Below, one piece after another: positions 56,506 to 64,000 of a stretch of DNA of 64,000 bases (within the stretch, counting starts at the first letter, position 1; each line of letters opens with the position of its first letter). Position numbers and translations under genes: made by a program. The notes under the pieces are model-generated. The model did no database searches. It saw only the letters and a list, made by a program, of their open reading frames with translations, and was not told where the DNA came from. The stretch comes from Bradyrhizobium sp. (GTDB lineage Bacteria > Pseudomonadota > Alphaproteobacteria > Rhizobiales > Xanthobacteraceae): assembly GCA_018971675.1 (NCBI GenBank), contig JAGXAF010000001.1, positions 611 through 64,610 on the forward strand, given 5' to 3'.

Positions 56506-57654
56506 ATGGCTGAGGAAATCGTCACCACCACGGGCATCGCCCGTCACGGCGCCACCCGGCTGCCGTCCGTTGACGTCGACAGCTTCAATATCGAATTGAA
56601 GGACGATGAGGGCTTTCTCGGCGACCGCGCCAGCAAGGGCGCGTTCCGCAAGATCCTGGATGACCTGCGCAAGCCGCTCAGGAAGGCCGGCGAGGACCCG
56701 CTCGGAAAGAAATCCGCCGGGGAAATCGCCAAGAGCGAGCTCGACAAGGCACTGGCCGGCGAGGACATCATGGCCGCCGCACTGGTTCATGGCGCGATCG
56801 AGGAGTTCGCCCGGGAACTGGCCTATGTCACGGGGCGATTTCTCAAGTCGAAGGCCTGGGCGGACACCGGGCGTATTGTCGTTGGCGGCGGCTTCCGCCA
56901 GAGCCGGGTCGGCGAAATCGCGATCGCGCGCACCGACATCATGCTCAAGGCGGAAGGCTTCAGGATCGATCTGGTGCCGATCCGTTTTCATCCCGACGAG
57001 GCCGGGCTGATCGGCTGCCTGCATCTGGCGCCATCGTGGATTTTCGAGGGCCATGACGGCATCCTCGCCGTCGATATCGGCGGCACCAATATCCGCTGCG
57101 GCGTCGTCGAGACGCGCTGGAAAAAGGCGCCCGACCTGTCCAGGGCCGAGGTCTGGAAATCCTCGCTCTGGCGCCATGCCGACGACCAGCCGACCCGCGA
57201 GGGCGCGGTGAAGCGGCTGGTCAAGATGCTGAAAGACCTGATTGAGGCAACCGATAGCGAAGGCCTGAAGCTCGCGCCGTTCATCGGCATTTCCTGTCCC
57301 GGCGTGATCAAGGAAGACGGCTCGATCGAGAAGGGCGCGCAGAACCTGCCGGGCAACTGGGAGAGCAGCAAGTTCAACCTGCCAGCGAGCCTGGTCGAAG
57401 CGATCCCGCAGATCGGCGATCACGACACCGCCATTCTGATGCACAATGACGGCGTGGCGCAGGGCCTGTCGGAAGTCCCCTTCATGCAGGACGTCGATCA
57501 CTGGGGCGTGCTGACCATCGGCACCGGCCTTGGCAACGCGCGCTTCACCAATCGCAGGAAGGACAATGGCAAGGAAAAGAAAGAGGACAGGAAAGAGCGG
57601 AACAGCGACGACAGGGACAGCAAGGACACGAAAGAAAAGAAGAACAAGGATTGA
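56506..57654 (+). CDS. ROK family protein (sugar kinase-like)
   Basis: AVDIGGTNIR, GI.CPG, HNDG, TIGTGLG; charged C-terminal tail. Confidence 0.85.
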   Translation: MAEEIVTTTGIARHGATRLPSVDVDSFNIELKDDEGFLGDRASKGAFRKILDDLRKPLRKAGEDPLGKKSAGEIAKSELDKALAGEDIMAAALVHGAIEEFARELAYVTGRFLKSKAWADTGRIVVGGGFRQSRVGEIAIARTDIMLKAEGFRIDLVPIRFHPDEAGLIGCLHLAPSWIFEGHDGILAVDIGGTNIRCGVVETRWKKAPDLSRAEVWKSSLWRHADDQPTREGAVKRLVKMLKDLIEATDSEGLKLAPFIGISCPGVIKEDGSIEKGAQNLPGNWESSKFNLPASLVEAIPQIGDHDTAILMHNDGVAQGLSEVPFMQDVDHWGVLTIGTGLGNARFTNRRKDNGKEKKEDRKERNSDDRDSKDTKEKKNKD

Positions 57655-57914
57655 GCGGCGGGCCCCCTGAGGAATCCTTGCCTGGCCGGGTAACCTTGAG
57701 CGGTTAGGTTAAAACCGGGATCGCGTTGCCGTCCGCGAGCGGATCGCTACCTTCGGCTTCGTCGCTCCACTGGCTCGCGAAGCCGCACTTCCCAGCCAGA
57801 ATTGCAAAGAAGCGGCACGGGACCGCCGGTTTTTTCCGCGTCTGGCGGTCCCACTTTTTCCTTCGCGTCTGATCGAAAAGCGCGAGCTCTTCCGAAAGCT
57901 TTTCAATTATTTTT

Positions 57915-58075
57915 CGTCATGGCCGGGCATAGCCGTCTGAAGGACGGCGTCGCTTCCGCTCGCCTATGTCCCGGCCATCCATGTCTTCCTTGCTCGATGA
58001 CCCAAGACGTGGATGCCCGGCACAATGGGCCTGTGCTCGGGCCGGCGAAGCCGGACCCGAGTGCCGGGCATGACG
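57915..58075. repeat. CGTC-tagged REP dimer (CGTCATGGCCGGG...CCGGGCATGACG) with inserts in both loops
   Basis: Terminal IR; central ATCCATGTCTT/AAGACGTGGAT IR; inserts at ~57929-57968 and ~58025-58062. Confidence 0.85.
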
Positions 58076-58177
58076 ACGAACCTGAAACTGCCCGGTCGCG
58101 TTGGCTGCATTTGAGCCAACCCGCGGGATGGGGCCTGCAAAAGACGGGTTTGCCGTCCGAATTCGCGCCCTCAGCCG

Positions 58178-58206
58178 CTTGTCTGCCCCGCCATCCTCGC
58201 CTAGAA
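58178..58206 (+). promoter_or_regulatory. putative sigma70 promoter of tRNA-Ser
   Basis: CTTGTC-N17-CTAGAA resembles the rhizobial CTTGAC-N17-CTATAT consensus. Confidence 0.5.
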
Positions 58207-58252
58207 CTCGCCCGCAACCGCGGTGACCGCAAATCACCGAATCATGACGCCC

Positions 58253-58342
58253 GGAGAGGTGGCAGAGTGGTTGAATGCACCGCACTCGAAATGCGGCATA
58301 GGTGCAAGCCTATCGGGGGTTCGAATCCCTCCCTCTCCGCCA
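58253..58342 (+). tRNA. tRNA-Ser (anticodon CGA)
   Basis: GGAGAGG acceptor, anticodon arm CCGCA-CTCGAAA-TGCGG, long variable arm, GTTCGAATC, encoded GCCA end; 90 nt. Confidence 0.97.
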
Positions 58343-58351
58343 ATTACTTCG

Positions 58352-59655
58352 TGTCCGGTCCGGAGACATAGGTAACGGAACGTACCTAAGACATGGGTGA
58401 CAACCTCGTGCCGAACGGGTTGTCGAGGGGTTGCAGGGTTTTCTGCTCCAGGTCGAAATATCCGAGATCATAGTGCATGAAGCTGACGAGCCAAATGCCC
58501 TCGTCGACTTCCCTGATGCCGAGTTTTTGGCCTGCCATGACGGTTGAGATGTTGATCCTCTTGCGATGAAGGCAGAGTCTTCCGCAGGCGGTGATGATGA
58601 CGTCGCGGTCGTGGAATGGATAGGTTAGCTCCGGCAGACCATCGTAGCGGCGTGTTGCGGCTGCGTAGAGGTCTGCGGGGCGCTTCATGTCCAGAGCTTC
58701 ATGGGGTCGCTCGGAATTGAACTCGCGCACGAAAGCGTCGAAACGCTCTTGCTGCTGCAGGCTATTGAACCCGGGCGGATGGGTTGCCTCCTTCTTGAGG
58801 GTCAGGTGCATGCGCTCATGGCGGCCGTTCTGTTGTGGATGGCCCGGTTTGATGCGCTCGATCGCGATGCCGAGCCGGAGCCACCAGACCGAGAGCTTCG
58901 AGAGATTGAACAAGGCGTTGGGACTGGCAAAGGCACGCCATTGTCGGAGCGGACGGCCAGCGGCAGGCCGCGCTCGCGGAACAGCCGCTCAAACGCGGTA
59001 ATGGCGGGGTCCTCGCGCGTTGAGTCCAGCGCTTCACAGAGCAGCAAGAAGCGCGAGGCGTGGTCGGTAACAGTCAGCGGATAACAGTAGCGGCCATTGC
59101 CGAGCTTGAACTCGCCCTTGAAGTCGGTGCACCACAGATCATTGGGAAGCGTGCCCTGCGACAGCGGCGTGCCGCGCGCACGGTGGCGCGGCCCGCCGCT
59201 ACGCTTGACCAGGCCGTGATGGTCGAGCACCGCATGGATGGTGCTTTTGGCGGGAACCTTGATGTTGCCATCGAGCCGGCGCACCAGCAGCTCTCGGATC
59301 TTGCGGGCGCCCCAGTGTGGCTTCTCGCTCTTCAGCCGGACGATCAGGGTCTCGATCTGTTGCGGGAGCTGGTTGGCATAGCGTACCGGCCGCCTGGAGC
59401 GGTCACTCAACGCCTCGAGCCCTTGCTCCTTGTTCTTGTACCGATCGAAAATCTTGTAGCCGGTCTTGCGGGATATGCCGAACTCCCGGCAGACCTCGGT
59501 CATGGCTTCCCCATCCAGAAGCCGCGCGACAAAGCGCAGGCGCTCTTCCATTACCGAACTCGCTTTCCACGGCATCCACACCTCCCGCAGAACAAAAGCG
59601 GAAAGTGTAACCCATGTGTCCGGTACGTTTTGTCACCTATGTCTCGGGCCGCTCA
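58352..59655 (-). mobile_element. IS481-family insertion sequence (~1.3 kb)
   Basis: ~50-bp imperfect terminal IRs (TG...GAGACATAGGTxAC..AACGTACC...ACATGGGTxACA) flanking an HTH + rve/DDE transposase. Confidence 0.88.
58386..59581 (-). pseudogene. IS481-family transposase split by a 1-nt frameshift near 58931
   Basis: ORF 58802-59581 (..WCTDFKG..RSDNGVP) continues in another frame as (FASPNA)LFNLSKLSVWW..QNGRHERMH; adding one base at GTG CCT TTG restores DNGVPFASPN. Confidence 0.85.
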
Positions 59656-59687
59656 GCTACGATGCGCGGGAACCCGCCAACGCAAGC

Positions 59688-59712
59688 GGAACGACGTGCT
59701 TCGTCGGCGGTT
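59688..59712 (+). promoter_or_regulatory. EcfG/sigmaT-like promoter
   Basis: GGAAC-N17-GTT, then RBS GAAGGGA and ATG at 59746. Confidence 0.55.
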
Positions 59713-59745
59713 ACTGCGCCGGGGCTTTAGCGAAGGGATACTACA

Positions 59746-60018
59746 ATGACGAAGACCATCGCGGTTGCGACCGCACTGCTATTGGGAACAGCCTCTTTCG
59801 CGGTTGCACAAGGCACGGGCCGCAGCGGGACAGCGTCCCCAGGGGCCTCCCAATACAGCCCCGGCTATGAGATGCAGAACTCAAAGACCAACACCGGGCC
59901 TGGCGCATCGGAATACAGCCCCGGAGATCGCAAGCATGACAAAGGCACGGTGGGCCGATCAAAGGGCGCATCTGAATATTCGCCCGGTGACCGTATGAAC
60001 GATAAGCGCAAATACTGA
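59746..60018 (+). CDS. small secreted protein with three GAS(Q/E)YSPG repeats
   Basis: Signal peptide ending A-V-A, RBS, promoter motif and downstream terminator. Confidence 0.8.
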   Translation: MTKTIAVATALLLGTASFAVAQGTGRSGTASPGASQYSPGYEMQNSKTNTGPGASEYSPGDRKHDKGTVGRSKGASEYSPGDRMNDKRKY

Positions 60019-60024
60019 GCCTGC

Positions 60025-60053
60025 AAAAAAGCCGCCGGGTAACCCGGCGGCTT
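60025..60053. terminator. terminator between convergent small genes
   Basis: AAAAAA-GCCGCCGGG-TAA-CCCGGCGGC-TT. Confidence 0.75.
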
Positions 60054-60091
60054 CAGATTTCGCTCGTTAATTACAACTCCAATCAACGGAC

Positions 60092-60319
60092 TTAATGGCG
60101 GTGTCGCCAATTGCCCCGGCCGATGTACCATCCATAGTGATGACCACGATTACCGTGCCAGCCGTGATGGCCGTGACCATGACCCCCCTTAACTTGAATG
60201 ACGGTTTCGTCTTGAGTTGCCAACGGGGCCATTCCCAATCTCGCGGAAGCAGGGTCGATAAGCGCCAAGATCAACAAAGACACTCCTACTGTGATCCACT
60301 GAATATAACTCATCGACAT
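60092..60319 (-). CDS. small secreted His/Gly/aromatic-rich protein (75 aa)
   Basis: RBS GGAGA, signal peptide ending PASA, tail GGHGHGHHGWHGNRGHHYGWYIGRGNWRHRH. Confidence 0.7.
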   Translation of the reverse strand: MSMSYIQWITVGVSLLILALIDPASARLGMAPLATQDETVIQVKGGHGHGHHGWHGNRGHHYGWYIGRGNWRHRH

Positions 60320-60453
60320 ATTTCTCCGGCGCGGGATTGCGCGAGACACAAAGTAGGCGGAGCCTCAATTTGTTCCGTCTTAAAAATCCGTCCGGAAAAG
60401 TAAAAGGCATCCTCAGTAGGACGGTCTTTCCAGATAGTTCTGCCAACTCAGGT

Positions 60454-60500
60454 TTTAAACCAAGGCTTGTTTAAACCAAGGCTTGTTTAACCAAGGTTTG
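60454..60500. repeat. three tandem copies of TTTAAACCAAGGCTTG (16 bp)
   Basis: Two exact copies at 60454-60485 plus TTTAACCAAGGTTTG. Confidence 0.9.
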
Positions 60501-60796
60501 CCAGAACAAGTCGGTGGCCATGCCGAGTCGCTCACGCTTGAACATCATGTCCACAGCGGGCCACTCGCGACTGCATCGAGGATGCACTGGCCGCCGGTGT
60601 GACACGGCAGCGCGAAGTGGTATCAAATCGGCTTGCTCAAACGGCACGTTTGACATCGGCGCCACGATTTGGCGAGCCGGTCGAAAACTGACGGTTTTCT
60701 TTTCCACGAAACCTTCCGGAAGGGCCAATACCTCGCGAGGCAAGGCGCCAGCGTGGCAGCAAGAATTTCTGCCCTTTTGACGCGTGAATTCGGAAG

Positions 60797-60832
60797 CCTT
60801 AATAAGCTTTAAACCCTTGATGAGCTTTAAAC
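60797..60832. repeat. 18-bp direct duplication CCTT(A/G)AT(A/G)AGCTTTAAAC
   Basis: Two adjacent copies with 2 mismatches, ~80 bp upstream of the P450. Confidence 0.8.
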
Positions 60833-60911
60833 TTTGGCCCAATGTTCCGGATATGGAACTGCTGCCATTTTTCCCGTTTTTTGATGGCACGAGTTGATGA
60901 CCTGAATTGCC

Positions 60912-62306
60912 ATGTTGGACCGACAGCATCTTCCGTATCGGCCGCCCGCTCCGATGCCGCCGGGCAAACGGCTAAGCCTTCTTCGGCTGCTTCCGACACT
61001 TGCAAAGAACCCACTCGAATGCTGGAGCGCCGAGTTCTTTCGCGAGCCCGTCGTCAAGTTGAGGCTGCCGTTTGCGGACGCGGTGCTCGTTCATGAACCA
61101 CAAGCAATCAGACGTGTGCTGCTCGATAATGCCGCGAATTACCGCAAGGACCCTCTTCAGCGCCGCATACTCTCAAGCGGGCTGGCTGATGGGTTGCTAA
61201 GCGTAGAGGGGCTCCGGTGGGAGGTTCAACGCCGGACGCTTGCTCCCCTTTTCTCCAAGAGATCGGTGAGTTCGTTCGCAAGGCCGATGCTCGACGCAGC
61301 AACCGCCTTGACTGCAAAATGGACCAAGCTCGGCGACGGTGCCGTGGTCGACGTTGCCGCGGAGATGACGCTGGTGACGCTAACCGTGCTTGCACTGACG
61401 ATCTTTTCCGACGGAATTGGCGGGGACTTTGACCAATTCAGGCTGGCGATGAATGCGTACTTTGGTGTGATCGGCAGAATCGGCGTGCTCGACTTGTTTG
61501 GTGCGCCGCCATGGGTGCCGCGCCCTGGCCAGACACGGTTGCGCAGAACAATGGACTATTTCGAGGGAGTAATTGACCAGATCATCGAAGCCAGGGGCCG
61601 CAAGCTCTCGGCGGCCCGGCGGGACGTTGAAAACGACGATCTGTTGTCTCTGCTGTTGCGTGCTCTGGACCCATCCACCGGGCGATCGATGGGTCTAAAT
61701 GAAGTAAAGTCCAACATTCTGACATTCCTGTCCGCCGGGCACGAGACCACAGCCAACGCATTGGCATGGTCGAGCTTCCTCCTGACTCAGTCTCCGCAGT
61801 GGACCGCTCTGGTGCGCGAGGAGGCTGCGCGCGAACTCCAGGGTCCAGTTGAAGGATTGGCGGACCGGCTCGTGGTGACGCGGGCGGTGGTGGATGAAGC
61901 CTTGCGGCTCTACCCACCCATCGCCGCCATCAGTCGGATGGCGGACCAAGGCGATGTGATCGCAGGTGTGAAGGTGAAGCCTGGATCCCTTGTCGTGATA
62001 GCACCATACGTTCTGCACCGGCATCAGTGCTTGTGGGACCTGCCGGATGTATTCGACCCCTCAAGATTTTCGGAAGCCGAAAAGAGCAAGATAGGCCGCT
62101 ACACCTACTTGCCCTTCGGCACGGGTCCGCGCACTTGTATCGGCGCTTCGTTCGCGTTGCAGGAAGCGACAATCGTTCTTGCCACGCTGATCAACAAATT
62201 CGACCTGCAGATTCTGCCCGGTATACACGTATGGCCAATACAGCGCGTTACATTGCGCCCCAGCGAACTCAAGATGAGCATTGGCTTGAGACCAACTTCG
62301 TCGTGA
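60912..62306 (+). CDS. cytochrome P450
   Basis: I-helix AGHETT, EALR, FDPSRF, heme motif FGTGPRTCIG. Confidence 0.95.
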   Translation: MLDRQHLPYRPPAPMPPGKRLSLLRLLPTLAKNPLECWSAEFFREPVVKLRLPFADAVLVHEPQAIRRVLLDNAANYRKDPLQRRILSSGLADGLLSVEGLRWEVQRRTLAPLFSKRSVSSFARPMLDAATALTAKWTKLGDGAVVDVAAEMTLVTLTVLALTIFSDGIGGDFDQFRLAMNAYFGVIGRIGVLDLFGAPPWVPRPGQTRLRRTMDYFEGVIDQIIEARGRKLSAARRDVENDDLLSLLLRALDPSTGRSMGLNEVKSNILTFLSAGHETTANALAWSSFLLTQSPQWTALVREEAARELQGPVEGLADRLVVTRAVVDEALRLYPPIAAISRMADQGDVIAGVKVKPGSLVVIAPYVLHRHQCLWDLPDVFDPSRFSEAEKSKIGRYTYLPFGTGPRTCIGASFALQEATIVLATLINKFDLQILPGIHVWPIQRVTLRPSELKMSIGLRPTSS

Positions 62307-62393
62307 CGGCATTCCGATTCCGTGTCGGCGACCACTCGGCCTAGGTGACGGCGGGCATCGATTGCGGCAAGCCGGTTGCAACCGCCGCCATTC

Positions 62394-62651
62394 TTATAGC
62401 AGCCGGGCGCGCGCAAGCAGTGCGCGCAACGCGGCTGTTGCCTGTATGCTCAACATCGCGTTTCCGGCGGCGCTGTGGAGCGCGTGGATAGCGTCGCCAT
62501 GCAACGACCGGAACTCCATCCATTCGATCGGGCCAAGATTGGTGATGAAGCGATAGGCTTGCCCGACGGTATCAATCGAAACCGTCTCGCCGTTCAGCTT
62601 GACCTTGAACCTGGCGGTCAGCGGCGTCTCGGAATGCGATGCGTCGGTCAT
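62394..62651 (-). CDS. small hypothetical protein
   Basis: 85-aa ORF with GC3-rich codons and protein-like composition. Confidence 0.6.
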   Translation of the reverse strand: MTDASHSETPLTARFKVKLNGETVSIDTVGQAYRFITNLGPIEWMEFRSLHGDAIHALHSAAGNAMLSIQATAALRALLARARLL

Positions 62652-62712
62652 GCAGGAGGCGCGTATCGCGCGTGGCCAAGGTCAATCGCCGCGCATAACG
62701 CCGGCTCCGGCC

Positions 62713-63738
62713 TCATGAAGGCTGCGAGGCTGCAACTCGTGCCGCTGGCGTCGCATCTTTCAGGCTTCGCACCACCACGAGGCGATTGAACTCGCCGTCC
62801 CTGTAGGCCTTGAGGAAGCTGTCGTAGTTCCTGATCGAGACGCAGCCGTTGGACTCGCCCTTCGGGCCCAGCATGAAACTATGAGTCAGCAATCCGGAAC
62901 GTCCGAGCGCGGCGCTCGCGTCCTGGGGTATCATGCGCAGTGCCGCAACGCCGTGAAACAGCCGCTCACGCGGCTTCAGGTCATAAACCGCGGGCGGCGT
63001 CGCTCCGACCATCCGTTCATTCACATGCTCCGGATCGTCCATCAAATTGCCCATTCCGGAATGGGCCTCAAGCCGGGTACCGTTCGGCAGGTAAACGGCG
63101 TGCGCCGAGATGTCATAGACGGCGGTCAGCTTGTCATAGCCGAGCGCCGCGAGGTCCGGACCATCATGATACAGCCCGGTATCCGGTCCCAACGACGCCA
63201 GCGAAAATTTTGCCGAGGGCAACAGGTCGGACAGTTTTTGCAGCATCGTGCGTTCAGGTGGCGGCGCCGGAGCGACGGCGGGCGCCAGATCATTCTGCGC
63301 CTCAAACTTGAACCCCCCGGGCGGACGCGAGCGCGGCAGCGGAATAATGACATTGGTCGCGGTCGAAGGTTTGGGCTCCTCCACGGGGGCGACCTCGACG
63401 GAGGCGGTCTGGACTTCAGGAGGTCGCAGCTTTTCCGCCAGCTCGTTTTTGGCACGCTGCAGTTTCAGCTCAAGCTCCGAAGACCAGGATTGAACCAGAC
63501 GACCCGGCGACAGGTTCAGCGCCGCTCGCGGCGGAATGGTCTGGAAGCGGTCGTCGAAATTCAGGGAGTCGCTGGCAGGCGGAACCGAAGCCATTACCGT
63601 GGAGGACGGGCTAAGTCCGGCGATCCAGGCCGCCGCGCCCGACGCCGCAGCAAAGGCAACAACCAGCGAGCCGATCTTGCCAAATGACAAGATCCCCGGA
63701 CTCGAGGGCCGATCCCCATCGGTCGCCACGTAAGCCAT
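62713..63738 (-). CDS. DUF2778 / Tlde1-like L,D-transpeptidase-fold protein
   Basis: N-terminal TM; C-terminal EAHSG.G, GATPP, H...LGP.G.SNGCVS; start at MAYVAT. Confidence 0.8.
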   Translation of the reverse strand: MAYVATDGDRPSSPGILSFGKIGSLVVAFAAASGAAAWIAGLSPSSTVMASVPPASDSLNFDDRFQTIPPRAALNLSPGRLVQSWSSELELKLQRAKNELAEKLRPPEVQTASVEVAPVEEPKPSTATNVIIPLPRSRPPGGFKFEAQNDLAPAVAPAPPPERTMLQKLSDLLPSAKFSLASLGPDTGLYHDGPDLAALGYDKLTAVYDISAHAVYLPNGTRLEAHSGMGNLMDDPEHVNERMVGATPPAVYDLKPRERLFHGVAALRMIPQDASAALGRSGLLTHSFMLGPKGESNGCVSIRNYDSFLKAYRDGEFNRLVVVRSLKDATPAARVAASQPS

Positions 63739-64000
63739 CCATCCCCCGCGTTCGGCGCCTCGCAGCGAGGAATCGCCGAAACCGCCCCTATTATGGGACC
63801 GGAACTTTGGCATATTCGAGACAAAAGGGACATCAGGATATCCAGAGGGGCTCGTCTCAAAACGAGCCGTTGGGCGATGCCGGCGGCTCCATCAAGCGGG
63901 GTTGGATCGATTCCGAAATCTTTAATCAATTGCTTTCTAGCATCGAGGCTGTCCAACAGGAGATGGCATCATGCGTTCGATTGATCGCGTTTCCGGCAGT

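Noticed and set aside
58925-58940. Programmed ribosomal frameshift in the IS transposase
   Set aside because: IS481-family transposases are normally single ORFs, the break lies inside the DDE domain and there is no A-rich slippery heptamer; a 1-nt deletion or sequencing error is simpler.
60853-60897. Micro-ORF MELLPFFPFFDGTS just upstream of the P450 as a RiPP precursor
   Set aside because: No SD, no Tyr/Trp/His, and it coincides with the putative GGAAC...CGTT promoter, so it would lie largely upstream of the transcript start.
60471-60929. 152-aa (-) and 88-aa (+) ORFs between the His-rich peptide and the P450
   Set aside because: No RBS or motifs, they run through tandem repeats and promoter elements, and codon usage is not host-like.

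Overview
High-GC alphaproteobacterial chromosome segment. Gene content and order are typical of Bradyrhizobium/Nitrobacteraceae (inferred, not searched). About 58 kb is core genome: dapF(3' end)-mtaB, DUF2336, rluA-like, ftsY-ispZ, ccmABCDG, acnA, BI-1/YccA, ybbP/ybbA/tesA, thpR, zapE, mdh-sucC-(DUF1579)-sucD-sucA-sucB-(SDR)-lpdA, xerC, priA, rlpA-like, atpHAGDC, two RppH paralogues, rsfS-rlmH-envC-ctpA-deacetylase, obgE-proB-proA-nadD, rplU-rpmA and a ROK gene. After tRNA-Ser(CGA) at 58253-58342 comes a visibly less GC-rich accessory stretch: a frameshifted IS481-family element, two small secreted peptides, an orphan cytochrome P450, a small hypothetical and a DUF2778/Tlde1-like gene. I found no CRISPR array, rRNA, prophage or complete novel multi-gene pathway. 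The best second-look signals are: (1) a ~131-bp palindromic repeat inserted in frame inside the RluA-family pseudouridine synthase; (2) several REP-like families with a related ~24-bp hairpin module nested in their loops; (3) a probable ~130-nt sRNA with a C-rich loop; (4) a probable CTG start codon for rsfS; (5) four EcfG-type promoter motifs around the tRNA-Ser islet. All calls come from motif and family recognition by eye; no database searches were run.
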